Assembly (NCBI GenBank): GCA_977017645.1
Contig: OZ360232.1
Location: 82,522,001-82,586,000 of the forward strand
Reading direction: 5' to 3'
Length of the DNA: 64,000 nucleotides
Origin: Torpedo marmorata
Taxonomy: Eukaryota
The notes under the pieces were generated by a model, which was given only the letters and a program-made list of their open reading frames with translations, was not told the origin of the DNA and ran no database searches. Position numbers and translations under genes: made by a program. Below are positions 36,506-50,722 of this stretch, one piece after another; within the stretch, counting starts at the first letter, position 1; the number at the start of each line of letters is the position of its first letter.

Positions 36506-36868
36506 AACAATGAAAAAGAGTAATAATAGTTCAATTACTGGACCATAATGATTCGTGGCATTAAACGTTTACTCTTTAATGTTTGGAATTGTATTTTGAA
36601 ACAATATTTGCAAAAGTAAAAGAGGTTTAAATAAACTTTACACTGCAAAAGTTCATTTTTGTGTTTTGGAGAACGTCTGAGTATAGTCAGAGGTTCTGGT
36701 AGTTAACGTACACCGTCAAACGAACAGAGACAAGGCACTCATGACTTGATAGATTTAGATCTAAGACTCAAGTGGTTTATTCACATGGTCCAAGCAATGG
36801 TCCATTCACATTCCGAGGTGGTTCAGTCATAGCGGTACAGAACTTCCATTTTACCATATATGGTTATA
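36506..36868 (+). repeat. Left copy of a direct repeat of about 365 bp flanking an L1
   Basis: Matches 39930-40299 with about 13 substitutions and one 7-bp indel. Confidence 0.95.
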
Positions 36869-39800
36869 AACAGAACAGGCGTCAAGAACAATTAATGCAA
36901 TTAAAAGTGAATTTAATGTTATTAGTTATAAACCCCAAAAAATAAATGACTCTTTCAAAAAATGTTATTCTAAATTATATAAAATGGAGTCTTTGCAAAA
37001 TGATAGTAAAATTGATGGATATTTATCACAGATAAATTTACCAAGATTAAATATGCAAGAGCAGCTAGAATTGAGTACCCAGTTTACACAGAAAGAAGTG
37101 AAAGACGCAATGAGTTCATTACAAAGTAATAAAGCACTGGGAGAAGATGGTTTTCCACCAGAGTTTTATAAAGAGTTTAAAGAACTATTAATTCCTATCT
37201 ATATGGATATGTTACAACAGGCATCAGTAACTCATACACTCCCGGAATCCTTCTCAACAGCAATAATTACAGAATACCAAAGAAAGATAGAGATCCATTG
37301 AAACCTTCGTCTTATAGACCAATTTCATTATTAAATGCAAACTATAAAATTGTAGCTAAAATTTTGGCTAATAGAATAACTAAATTGTTACCTAAATTAG
37401 TAAACATGGATCAGACAGGTTTTATAAAAAAAAGACAAACAGCTGACAATGTAGCAAGATTACTTAGTATTATTCATTTAGCTCAAAAAAGAAAAGTACT
37501 AAGTGTTGCGGTGGCATTAGATGCAGAAAAAGCATTTGATAGATTGGAATGGGATTTTTTGTTTAAAGTACTGGAGAAATTTGGATTTGGACAGACTTAT
37601 ATAAACTGGATTAAAGCATTATATAATGCTCCAAAAGCTAAAGTAGTGACTAATGGACAAATATCAACTTTGTTCTGTTTGACAAGATCTAGTAGACAAG
37701 GATGTCCATTGTCACCAGCTTTATTTATACTAGCTATAGAACCACTTGCAGAGGCAATTAGAAGCGACTCGGAAATGAAGGGATTTAGAGTTGGTCAAGA
37801 ATAACATAAAATTAGTCTATTTGCGGATGTTGTTTTAATATATTTGATAGAGCCTGAGACCTCTTTACAAAGATTACATTTTAGATTGGAAGAATATGGA
37901 AAGGTCTCAGGTTATAGGATAAATTGGGACAAAAGTGAAATTATGCCCCTTACAGAAGGAGACTATACTATATGTAAAATAAATACTCAGTTTAAATGGC
38001 CGCATAATGGGATAAAATATTTAGGAATTCGAACAGATAATCATTTTAAAAATCTATATAAATGGAATTATTTACCATTACTTAAAAAGGTTAAAGAAGA
38101 TTTGTAAAAATGGATGAATTTACCTATAACATTGATAGGAAGAGTTAATTGTATTAAAATGAATATATTTCCAAGAATACAATATCTGTATCAAACCATA
38201 CCTATTTTATTACCACAGGGTTTTTTTCAAGAGTTAAATAAACAAGTGAAAAAATTCCTTTGGAGAGGTAAAATGTCAAGAGTTTCTATAGAATGTTTAA
38301 CATGAAAATATGAGTTAGGAGGTTTACAACTCCCTAACTTTAAAAATTATTACCGAGCGGCACAAATGAGATTTATTACTTATTTTTTTGAAAGTGAGGA
38401 AAAACCTGCATGGGTTAAAATAGAGTTAGGAAAAATAGGAGAGAAAGTAGCAGAAGACTTTATATATAAATGGAACTCAAAATTATTGGTAGGAGTTAAA
38501 GAAACACCATTATTAAAACACTTGATTAATGCCTGGAACAAGATTAATGATGAGATAGGGACAAAAGGGACTATATCACCTAAAACGCCATTGATACAGA
38601 ACAATCTTATACTTTTTACAAAAGATAATCAATTTTTAAATATATGGTTACAGAAAGGAATTAAGAAGATAGAAGATTGTTATGAAGGAGGTCAATTGAT
38701 GTCATTTGTACAGTTAAGAAATAAATATGGAATACCGAATAATACTCTTTTTTGTTATTTTCAATTAAGAGGATATTTAAGGGAAAAACTAGGTTCAGAT
38801 ATGTTGTTACAAAATTGTAGTGAAGTGGAAACTCTTATTAGGAAAGGAAATACTAGAAAATTTACTTCTATAATATATTCCTTGTTACAAAGAGGAGCCC
38901 CAAACAAGGACTTCATAAATCTAGACAGAGATGGGAACAAGATCTTAATGTGACAATTGACAAAAAAGGATGGTCGGATTTATGTCAAGATAGCATGACA
39001 AATACTATTAATGTAAGATATAGATTAGTACAGTACAATTTTTTACACCAATTATATCTTACACTGCAAAAATTGAATAAAATGAAATCTGCATTATCAA
39101 ATAAGTATTTTAGATGTGGTGAAGAGGAGGGAACTTTTTTTTTACATTCAACTTGGTTATGCTCCAAGGTAAGACCCTTTTGGGTGGGATTATGGAATTT
39201 GTTAAAACAAATTACGGGTGTTACACTCTTACAAAACCCTGATTTATTTTTATTAGGGAATGTTGAAGGAACTAGACCAAAATTGAAGTTATCAATATAT
39301 CAATTGAAATTTGTTAAAATTGCTTTAGCAGTAGCGAGGAAGTGTATAGCAGTAACTTGGAAATCAGATACAAATTTAGGTATGGATAGATGGAATACAG
39401 AGATGCAGAGTTGTATTCCATTGGAAAAAATAACATATAATATGAGAAATAAATATGGGGTATTTTTGCAAATTTGGCATCCATATATCCAGACATTAGG
39501 TATAAATATGTAAATGTGTTATTCCATATCCTTGGCCTTGCTGACTCTCTCAAACTTAAATAATAAAAATACTGATGAAAACCTTGCGTTGAACTGTGAA
39601 TGCCCAGGCGATCCATATAGATGTCTTCTATAAGTAATATTATATTACTTTTTTTTTCCTTCTTTCTTATTTTAGTTTTTAGGAAGGGGAGGGAATTTAA
39701 GGGGAGGGAGTGGGTGGAGGGTGGGATTAGAAACATTAAGTAATAATTTTAATTTGAAATGTTTGAAAAATGTTATAAGGGTTTTTGGAGGGGGGTTAAG

Positions 39801-39929
39801 GGAAGGGGTAGATACACTATGTAATACAATATAATTATAAAATATTTTTCTGAAGTTAACAATGTATATTATTCATGTATGTATTACTGTGTGAAAATTT
39901 AAAACTTAAAATAAAATATTCCAAAAAAA
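36869..39929 (+). mobile_element. 5'-truncated L1-clade LINE (second subfamily)
   Basis: EQASRTINAIK, GEDGFPPEFY, YRPISLLN, DAEKAFD and RQGCPLSP; G-rich 3' UTR; AATAAA and an A-tail at about 39910-39930. Confidence 0.95.
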
Positions 39930-40299
39930 AACAATAAAAAAGAGTAATAATAGTTCAATTACTGGACCATAATGATTCGTGGCATTAAACGTTTACTCTT
40001 TAATGTTTGGAATTGTATTTTGAAACAATATTTGCAAAAGTAAAAGAGGTTTAAATAAACTTTTCACTGCAAAAGTTCATTTTTGTGTTTTGGAGAACCT
40101 CTGAGTATAGTCAGAGGTTCTGGTAGTTAACGTACACCATCTAATGAACAGAGACAAGGCACACATGACTTGATAGAGTTAGATCTAAGACTCAAGTGGT
40201 TTATTCACATGGCACATGGTCCAAGCAATGGTCCAGTCACATTCCAAGGTGGTTCAGTCATAGCCGTACAAAACTTCCATTTTACCATATATGGTTATA
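39930..40299 (+). repeat. Right copy of the direct repeat of about 365 bp
   Basis: Starts immediately after the L1 A-tail and matches 36506-36868. Confidence 0.95.
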
Positions 40300-41149
40300 G
40301 TGGACATTCCTTGGGTACTAAATTTGCAACAGACCATTTACATACAACAATGAGGTTAATGACTTACTAATGAGGTTACTACATTAATCTAAAAGCACAA
40401 GTTGAAATGTGTCTAAGATTGGGATGGTTCTAAAATTCTGCATGGCTCCCAACACCTCATTGTAACAGGCATCCTGGACTTAAGCATGGATCTCTGCAAT
40501 ATAAGTGGCTGAACATGTATTGTAGCCAAAATTGACAGGTGTAATCAAGCAGCAACTTGAGGAAAACTCTTCTTTTTATTATCCTCCTGCCAGGCTTTCA
40601 CATTGAGGTCATCTACCCTCAACATGAAAGAAGAGCCGTGGTTGCCCCTACACCTCACCAGGAAAGTCAGGCATGAGTTACTGTAGACCAGCTGCTTTAA
40701 CGTAAACTGTTCCTCACATCAACCGTACAGACTGACTTCTAATTGCATTGGAACCAGCATGCACGTTATTTGTCTGCAATAGAATCATTTAATTCTGGCC
40801 CTGGGCACATCAATAGTCAATCATCTATATGCAAATTTATCAAACTAAAACACAGAAGGTTTACGTGCCTGTATATTATCAGTGACCCTTAGCATTTGTA
40901 TCATTTCATCTTGGCCAGCAGTAGCCAAAAGATTGCACTATTCGGTCATTTTTCTCCTCCTATCTCATCATATCAGTAGAAAAGCTTTTCTGTCACTCAT
41001 TATGCAAATCAGGCAAGTTGATCATTGTTCCTCTGATTGATTTCACCATGCTTTTACTCCTAAACTTGGTAACTCCCTATTCTAAAGTCATCTGCCAATG
41101 CAGGTGAAATGTGGTGATATAATCCACATTAATCCACATTTCATAAACT

Positions 41150-41866
41150 TGCCTTGTAAAGAAATCTATCCCTGGAGCGGACAACTGTCTGAACTGCATC
41201 AGACCATTCATAACCCTGGTGTCTTACTTGATTTGAAATGAATGTTCTCTCACCGTGTTGCAATCTCTATAACATCACTCAAATTTACCAAGGCTTCAGC
41301 TCATCTGTTGCAGAAACTCTCATCTACATCTCTGTTACCTTTGTTGACTAAACTGGTTAATATGTGGCAGGTATCCCTTATTCCGTTCAGTGTAAACTTA
41401 AGGCCAGCAAAAATGCAGCTGTCTAACTCAGCCTTTCTATCACTACCCCTCTACCAAGATTGACCTATCTTTACTCCCCGTTCAGCAATGTCTTGATTTT
41501 CTATCCCTGTTTCACCCCTCTCCACGCTTTAGTAATATGCCTACAACCATCTGCTTTACCTGCACTCCTGCACATTTGGTGTCTTGATCATCCCTTATTA
41601 TATGAGCTAATTTATTGGTATTTGCGCATTTAGTTTCTGAGCTCCTAAACTCTGGATTTTCTTTCGGATTTCCATAATTACTCTTTCTTCTTTTAAGATA
41701 CTCCTTATGGCCAAATTATTTGGATGATTTTTTTGGTTAATTGCTGTAATATCTCCTTCTGTGGTTTGGTGTCAAAATTTCTTTGATCATTGCTCCATCA
41801 AGTTGCTTTGGCTGTTTTGCCATTTTAACCGAGCTATATAAAAACAAGTTGTCATCGTTGTTGTTG
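41150..41866 (+). mobile_element. Ancient L2-type LINE 3' fragment
   Basis: CCTAAACTCTGGA...TTTAAGATACTCCTTA, ending GCTATATAAAAACAAGTTGT with a (GTT)n tail; the 5' boundary is uncertain. Confidence 0.6.
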
Positions 41867-42709
41867 AGGAGATGCTTGGGAGAGAATGAAGAGAAAGGAT
41901 GGCAAGTCAGAAACAATTACAGCCAACAATATAAAGAGAAAGCAAAAGACGGCAATTTGCTTACCAGATGACCTCACAGAATCTGTTCTGGTGAACCTTC
42001 CCTTGACTAGCTATTAAGCATTAACCATTCCTTCTGTGAATATCAAATCAAATAGCTCCCATTCTCATGATCTTGTCAAAAGTATTACAATGGCACAGAG
42101 TTGTAGATTAGCAAGAAATTCCCTTTTACCCTCAGTTTTCATACTTTGTGTGGAACATCACCTGATACAAGAATAAAGGTGAACATGGATAGATGAGATG
42201 GGAAATTTCACTTCACTGTCACAAAAACATGATCAAAGGTTTAGGTGAAGGTGAAAAGTCATCTCCCCTATCACTACTGCACCTACTATACCCTCCTAAC
42301 TTGCAGTTTTACAGTCCTTCATAGGATGACTGCTAATTTCTAGGGCTTTGTCTTTATAAACAGACACCATATGTTGCCTTCTCCTACATTTTTACTTCTT
42401 GGAATTATTTCCCTTTTTCACTTCACGATTCAGGCCAATCCTTTGCTTGCAATAACTTAAAGCCCCACAGAGCACTATTAAACAGGAAGAAGAAATTGCT
42501 TACTGTATGAGTGTGAACCATGCTAATTATAAATTGAATTGTTACAAGATTAACACAAGGTAATCTTAGATTAGCTGACCTGGGAAAAACATGCAATTTT
42601 CTTCAGCATTCTATTACAGCAAATTAACTGTCAAATTAACTTCCCAGCATGCCCAGGCACTCCATTATTGATGGATAAAATCATCTAGTCTCCAATATTT
42701 GTCTCCTCC

Positions 42710-45178
42710 TTTGTTTTTATTTTTTCTTCAACCCCCATCAATGAATCCGAGGATTCTGAAATCTAGGGACCTGATGTCCCTCCCTAATGCACCTCTACCA
42801 GCAATTTTCTTACATTTTATTTCTTTTTTTTTCCCCTTCGCCAAAGCAAGGTTGAAGGTTGACATTTGAAAAAAATTCAAGTGGCATAATCTTGGAGAGA
42901 GAGAGCACCATTCCAAAATTCCAAATCAACAACTAACTCTTAAGGTTATGATAGTAGTCCATAAACGAGCCCCATATCATTTGAAATTTGATATTTGAAT
43001 CAATCACAGCATGTCTAATTTTTTCCAAGTTTAAACAAGACATAATATCCCTTAGCCATTGTGTATGTGTAGGTGAAACATTGTTTTTTCCATTTAATCA
43101 AAATTGCATGTCTGGCCATTAACGAAGAAAAGGATAAAATACGACATTGAATTGAAGTTAGTATAACATTATCATCACAAAGTATTCCAAAAAGCGCTAT
43201 TAAAGAGTTAGGTTCCAATTTTAATTTACAAATAACCGATAGAGTTTGAAAAACTTCCTTCCAAAATTTTTCCAAGCTAGGGCAGGTCCAGAACATGTGA
43301 ATTAAAGAGGCATCACCTGTTTTACATTTGTCACATCGAGGACTTATGTCCGGATAAAATTTTAGACACATATGCTCTATGAACCACTTTAAATTGTAAC
43401 AGACAATGCCGTGCACAAAAGGATGTAGTGTTAATCAGTTTAAGAATAGCATTCCACACCTCATTGGACATTAAATGGTTCAAATCTTACTCCCAGGCAT
43501 TCTTGATTTTAATTAACAAGGCTTGTCTTAAATTAGCCACTTTATCGTAAATAAGAGATATTAAGCCTTTGTAAGGAGGTTGTAGTTCAAAAAATGTATC
43601 AAGAATATTCACCCTGGGAATTCCAGGAAAATTAGGAATCTGGGATTGAACAAAATACCTAATTTGTAAATATCTAAAAAAAATGAACTTTAGGTAAATT
43701 AAATTTTACAACCAATTGTTCAAAGGATGCCAAATTGTTGTCAATAAAAAGGTCTTTAAAACATTTAATACCCAATCTATGCCACTCATTAAAAGCTGCA
43801 TCTTGCAAAGAAGGTTGGAAAATATGATTGGATATAATTGGGCTAAAAAGAGAAAAACTCTGAAATCCAAAAAAACTTCTAAATTGTGCCCATATTCTCA
43901 AACTGTGTATAATGATTGGGTTGTCAGTTAATTTATATAAAGAAGAAGATAAAGAAGACCCAAGAATTGCCAACAAGGAAATATTCTTAGTAAAATTTAA
44001 TTCCATTTCTACCCATATGGGGCGATCAACTCTATTATAAAATTGCAAAAAAGAATCAAGTTACGTATATTGACTGCCCAATAATAAAATCTAAAATTAG
44101 GACACGCCAAACCACCGTTCCTTTTTGATTTTTGGAGATGGACTTTATTCAAGCGGGGACGTTTTCCTTGCCATATATAACTAGATAAAAATGAATCAAG
44201 TGAATCAAAAAACGATTTAGGAATAAAAATTGGCATAGATTGGAAAAGATACAAAAATTTAGGTAAGATGTTTCCACTTAGATTAGAAGAGATAAATACA
44301 AGAGGACATGGACTTAGGGTGAAAGGGGAAAGGTTTAGGGGAACATTAGGGGGAACCTTTTCACTCAGAGAGTGGTGGGAGTGTGGAACGAGTTGCCATC
44401 TGACTTGGTAAATGCGGGCTCACTCTTAAGTTTTAAAAATAAATTGGATGGACACATGGATAAGAGTGGTCTGGAGGGTTATGGAGCAGGTGCAGGTCAG
44501 TGGGACTAGTGGTATGATGTTTTCAGCACAGACTAGAAGGGCCAAATGGCCTGTTTTCTGTGCTGTAGTATTCAATGGTTCTATGGTTCTATGTTCATTT
44601 TAATAGAATTAATACGACCAATCATAGAAATTGACAAAGGTGACCATCTTGTTAGAGACAATTTAACCTGTTTAAGTAAAATAGAAAAATTTTCCCTAAA
44701 AAGATGTTTATAGTTCTTGGTAATTGTAATACCAAGATAAGTAAATTGATCACTCACAATCTTAAAAGGGATATTAAAATACCTAGGAATAGGAGCATTT
44801 AATGGTAAAAGTTCACTTTTATGCAGATTCATCTTATACCCTGAGAACTGACTAAATTGAGATAGAGCAGATAATATGAATGATAAAGAAGTCTCTGGAT
44901 TAGATATAAAAAGAAGAAGATCATCTGCATATAGGAAAACTTTATGTTCAATACCTTTCCTATAAATCCCTGAAAAATCTCCACACTCACGAAAGGCAAT
45001 TGCTAACGGCTCTAAGACCAAGTCAAAAAGTAAATGGACTTAAAGGACAGCCTTGACTTGTACTCCGTTGAAGGTTAAAAGGTTTTGATTGTTGTGAGTT
45101 AGTAAGGACTGAAGCATTAGGACATAAATATAATAATTTAATCCATTTAATATAGCATGGTCCAAAGTTAAATTAGCA
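42710..45178 (-). mobile_element. 5'-truncated L1-clade LINE (third subfamily), split by a CR1 3' end
   Basis: QGCPLSPF, LYADDLL, GRINSIKMN|ILPKFLYLFQ and CDKC....ASLIHMFWTC; the 3' boundary is approximate. Confidence 0.88.
44273..44590 (+). mobile_element. CR1 3' fragment
   Basis: TRGHGLRV...FTQRVVGVWN, (TTCTATGG)n tail, ATGTT duplicated at both ends. Confidence 0.9.
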
Positions 45179-45194
45179 ATTTTCTTACACAGGA

Positions 45195-45415
45195 ATTTTA
45201 AATTTTAATTTAGACATAGACATTCCGGCCAACGAGCCCGTGCTGCCCAAGTACCCCAATTAACCTATGACCCCGGTACAATTTGAAGGGTGGGAGGAAA
45301 CCGGAGCACCCGGAGGAAACCCACGTAGACACGGGGAGAATGTACAAACTCCTTACAGATAGTGACAGATTCAAACCCGGGTCGCTGGCGCTGTAATAGC
45401 GTTGCGCTATCTGCT
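45195..45415 (-). mobile_element. tRNA-derived SINE
   Basis: Same family as 25790-26040, with a (TTTAAA)n-like tail. Confidence 0.88.
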
Positions 45416-46109
45416 ATGAATATCAAACAATCCACCTTTGTTCTCCTGGCTAGACTTAGTTGAGATGGCGATCTTCATTTTTACCAGTTTAATTTGATAG
45501 GGACATGAGAAAACAAACTCAAAATTGAAACAGGAGGGCAGTAAAATCAGGACATTGATGGAATATCAGTAAACACTAAACTTCAACTACTTTTCCAATA
45601 ATTAATGCTTATGTATACTTATTCACAATGGCAGAATGACCATATCTTCCTCAATCTTTTGCCCTGTACAAGTTGACCTGCAATCTTTATTACTGTAATA
45701 GGAACTCTGGAATGAAGCTGCAGAGCTGTTGGCACTGCACATTAATTTATGGTTGCTGTCTTTCAGATAACAATTATTTATTTTATGTTTCCTTTTAAAG
45801 AATAAAGATGGATGAATTATTACAGGCAAATTAAATGTTATTGATGAATTCAGGTTTGAACATAGCATGTCTATGGGAAAAATCAAAGCTCTATCACCAT
45901 CCTTACTGAATGCTTGTCTCCTAACAGGATCTTCTGTGTATCTAATACTGAATCTTTTTGAACTATTAAATCTGAAAGTAATACATCTTTCAGCACTGAT
46001 CCTACTGTGATGAATTGTTAATATAACTTGTATTGAAGCTTTTTGAAGTTTGGTCTGCTTTTGGTGTTTCGGATAGGTTCACAGCTTTTGATCCTCTTAT
46101 TAATTATTA

Positions 46110-48395
46110 TATAAATCTGCATTGACTGTTACGAGGGCAAAAGCATCTAAAGCCACTCTTGCTTTTATGAAGGAACTGAATTTAATTGATATATGGAGAC
46201 AAATGCACCCTAAAGTTAGAGATTATTCATTTTGTTCTAACATTCATGACTCACATACTCAAATTGATTTTTTTTTTATTATCAACGCAATTAACTTATA
46301 GATTAATAGAAACTGAATATTTATCTAGAATGTTATCAGACCATTCTCCACTAACTTTGTCTATCTTGATACCAGAGAAGAAAATGAATGTGTATAGATG
46401 GCGGTTAAACCCTACTTTACTTCATAAATCAGATTTCTGTAAATTTATTAGGGATCAGATAAAATTATTTAGTGAGACAAACTGTGCCTCTGCTCCAAAG
46501 AGTTTTATTTTATGGGACACATTAAAAGCATATTTAAGAGGACAAATAATTTCATACACTAAGGGTGTTAAAAATAAATATATGGCAGAATTGGAAACTT
46601 TAGAGAAGGAGATTTTAATAATGGAAAAAGAATAGCAACAAACTAAATCTAAGGATACATAGCGACATCTGGCGAATAAAAAACTTAAATATAACACTAT
46701 GGATACATATCGAGTTGAGAAAACAATTTTGAGAACAAAACAAAGATATTATGAACTGGGTGAAAAAACACATAAAGTTTTAGCATGGCAATTGAAAGCA
46801 CAAGAAAGTTCAATGACTATCAATGCAATTCAAAATGTACAAGGGTTGATTACATATAACCCATCAGAAATTAATAAGGCATTTCAAAAGTTTTACATAG
46901 ACTTTGTTATGGACCATGACTGACCATTTGGACTGCGGACGGTCAGCAGGAAGGATGAAGTCTTTTGGAGTACACACTGGGGCCAGGTACTGAAAAAGTT
47001 AACTTCCCCAGGACTTGGTGTACCCAGAGAGAGAGAGAGAGAGAGAGCAGAGAGAGACAGACTGTGGAAAAGATACATTGTTGCACTTTTGCAAAAAGCA
47101 GGGGCAGATCTCTGCAAAGCAAACAGTTGTGAGTTGCAAAGGCTACAGAACACAGCCAAATCCAGGCTTGTGCAGTCAGAGAACATCTGGAAGAATAGCA
47201 CATGGCCTCCTGTCTCAGAAAAATTCTGAGAAAAAGCAACTTCTGTGGAGAACAGGCGTGAGATCAGCGAGACTAGCTGTGAGATTCAAGCAGACGCCTA
47301 AATCAGTGGTATACTGATCTGGAACTTGCAATCCTTATGAACCTACAAGAAGGGGACGTCATCAGAGAAGAAAACAAGTATTTGTAAGCATAAACAGTCA
47401 TTGTCTCTCTCCAACGTTCATTCAGAAGTACTTCTACCAGACCCAGAGCTGAATTGAAGCCTGAACTTAAAGAGTAAATTTGTAGACTGTTTATCTTTTT
47501 TTGACTGACTTGTTTTTTATGACTGACCTGGGGTTTTTGGGGAAAGTTTTTCCATTTTTACATAAGGGTTGGGCACAGACTGTAATGGTCTGGGCTTTAC
47601 ACACACACACACACCTTTTAGATAAGAATAGAGTTTATAGACGTTTATAGTGGGGTTAATTGTTGTGAAATTATATGTTCAATTGTGTTTAATAAATAGT
47701 AATTTCAATTTTACCCCTTTTGCATTGCGTCTTCTGTCGTTGCTGGTTTGATCTTGTAACAACTTGTATACTTCTGAAATAACAAGAGATGATTCAAAGA
47801 TTGATAATTTTTTAACTACTTTAAATTTACCTACAGTAGATATAGTCAAATGAGACTTGATCGTCCTTTCACACAGGAAGAAGTTGAAAAGGCCTTGAGC
47901 TCGCTACAGGCGGGAAAATCACCGGGTGAACATGGTTTTCCACCAGAATTTTATAGAGAATTTAAAGATTTATTGATGCCTTTTATTATGGATGTAATTG
48001 ATAGAGCAGCTCAAACACAAACACTGTCTGAATCATTTTCCTCTGCAATAATTACAGTAATTCCAAAGAAAAATAAAGATCCTTTGAAATGTTCTTCATA
48101 TCGCCCTATTTCACATTTAAATGCAGATTATAAGATCATCTCTAAAATATTGGCGAATAGACTTAGTGATTGTTTATCAAGATTAATAAATCCAGACCAA
48201 TGTGGTTTTGTTAAGAAACGGTTTGCTAATACACTTAGCAAAATCTAGAGGTGAACCAAGTATAGCAGTTACACTGGACGCAGAGAAGACTTTTGACAGA
48301 TTGGAATGGCCGGATTTGTTTAAGGTTTTGGAAAAATTTGGATTTGGCAATCATTTATTAATTGGGTTAAAACACTTTATTATAAACCACAAGCT
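46110..48395 (+). mobile_element. L1-clade LINE internal fragment (end of endonuclease to start of RT), split by a solo LTR
   Basis: LIDIWR, LSDHSP, WRLNPTLL, FYID|LYTSE across the LTR, GKSPG..GFPPEFY and DAEKTFD. Confidence 0.9.
46905..47761 (+). mobile_element. Solo LTR of the Gmr1-type family
   Basis: Termini TGTTATGGACC...TGTAACA; 4-bp TSD ACTT (46901-46904 and 47762-47765). Confidence 0.96.
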
Positions 48396-48419
48396 AGGGC
48401 TGCCAACATTTTTATTCAC

Positions 48420-48645
48420 TAACCCAACCGATGAATGCAATTATGCCACATGCTTTCTTTACCACCCTGTCCACCTGTGTTACCACTTTCAGGGAGCTAT
48501 GAACTTACACACCAAGATCCTCTATACATCAACACTCCTCAGGGCCCAGCCATTTACTGAAAATGTTGCTCTTACTTTTGAACATCCAACGTGCAACGCT
48601 TCACATGTCCAGATTAAACCACATCTGCCCTTTCCTGGCCCATCT
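48420..48645 (-). mobile_element. CR1 RT fragment
   Basis: Reverse-complement similarity to 62170-62390. Confidence 0.7.
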
Positions 48646-50410
48646 CTGAAGCAAAGTGGCAATTCCGGAGGAAGCTAGAGACAGAGACAGATACACGCCA
48701 GCTATGGCAGGGAGTGCAGGCCATTACAGCCTACAAAACGAGGGCGAACACTATAGACGGCTGTGATGCTTCACTACCTGATGAGCTGAACACCTTCTAT
48801 GCCCGCTTTGAGAAGAAGAACAAAACAGTGCCTACTGGAATCCCTGAAAAGGCTGAGGACCCTGTGATATCTGTCTCTGAGGGCGACGTCAGAACATCAT
48901 TCAAGAGGGTGAACCCTCGAAGGCGTCAGGCCCTGACGGCGTACCTGGCAGGGTATTGAAAATCTGCGCCAACCAACTAGCCGGAGTGTTCACGGACATT
49001 TTCAACCTCTCATTGCGGCAGTCAGAGGTTCCCACCAGCTTCAAAAGGGCATCAATCATCCCGGTACCCAAGAAGAGTAGTGTGGGCTGCCTCAACGACT
49101 ACCGCCCAGTAGCACTAACTTCTACTGTGATGAAATGATTTGAGAGGCTGGTCATGGCCAGAATTAACACATACCTAAGCAAAGATCTGGACCCACTGCA
49201 ATTCGCCTATCGCCACAATCGCTCCACAGCAGATGCAATATCGCTGGCTCTCCATTCAGCTCTGGATCACCTCGAAAACAGCAATTCATACATACGGTTG
49301 CTCTTCATCGACTACAGCTCGGCCTTCAATACCATTATTCCCTCAGTGCTGGTCAAGAAGCTACAAACTCATGGCCTCTGTACCCTCCTCTGCAACTGGA
49401 TCCTTGACTTTCTCATCGGAAGACCACAGTCAGTACGAATCGGAAACAACGTCTCCTCCTCACTGATTATCAACACAGGCACACCCCAAGGATGCGTGCT
49501 TAGTCCACTGCTCTACTCGTTATACACCCATGACTGTGTGGCCAGGCACAATTCCAATGCCATATACAAGTTTGCCGATGACACCACAGTTGTCGGCAGA
49601 ATCACAAATGGCAATGACGAAGCGTACAGGAGGGAGATAGATCAGCTCGTTGAATGGTGTAATGGCAACAACCTTGAGCTCAACGTCAGCAAAACCAAGG
49701 AGGTGATTGTGGACTTCAGGAGGAAGTCAGGGGAACACGACCCAGTCCTCATCGAGGGCTCAGTCGTGGAAAGGGTCAAGAACTTCAAATTCCTGGGTGT
49801 CAACATCTCCGAGGATCTGTCCTGAAGCATCCACGTGGATGCAATCACAAAGAAGGCTCGTCAGCGGCTATACTTTGTGAGGTGTTTGCGGAGATTCGGT
49901 ATGTCACCAAAGACTCTCGTAAACCTCTACAGGTGTACCGTGGAGAGCATTCTGGCTGGTTGCATCACTGCCTGGTATGGAGGCGCCAACTCCCAGGACA
50001 AGAGTAAACTCCAGAAGGTTGTTACCTCGGCCTGTGATATTACAGGCACCAAACTTCACTCCATCGAGGACATCTACATGAGGCGATGTCTTAAAAAAGC
50101 AGCCTCTATCCTCAAGGACCCCCACCACCCAGGCCATGCCCTCTTCACTTTGCTTCCATCGGGAAAAAGGTACAGGAGCCTAAAGACGAGCACTCAACAG
50201 CACAAGGACAGCTTCTTCCCCGCTGCCATCAGATTCCTGAATAATCAATGAACCAAAGACACTGCTTTACTTTTCGTGCACTATTGTTTATAATTTTTTA
50301 TAGTAATATCGTTAGATGGTTAATATGAATGTTAATTGCACTATGATGCTGCCGCAAAACATCGAATTTCATGACTTGTTCATGACAATAAATTCTGATT
50401 CTGATTCTGA
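48646..50410 (+). mobile_element. 5'-truncated Rex1-type LINE (subfamily B), RT region
   Basis: [26 protein letters not shown] and YKFADD; TGACAATAAA plus (TTCTGA)n tail. Confidence 0.95.
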
Positions 50411-50722
50411 TATTTCTTTGACAACCTTCGTTACCATTCACAGAAGCCTACTGGAGGTAAACGTGGTTATCATTTGTAAGACCAGCATTTGTTGTCCATC
50501 TCTAAGTGTCCTTAAGCTTTTGCTGGTGAAAGGCCATTATCTGGTGAAGATAATCCCACATTACTTATTGGGTGGGGAGTTTCAAGATTTAGACACAGTG
50601 GTAGATGAAGCTCCAGTGACATATTTCCAAGATAAGGAGGTGTGTGATTTATAATGGATTCTGTGGGTTCCCACCCACTACAGTGCTTTTTCTTCTTGGT
50701 GGCAGAGGTCATAGGTTTAGTA

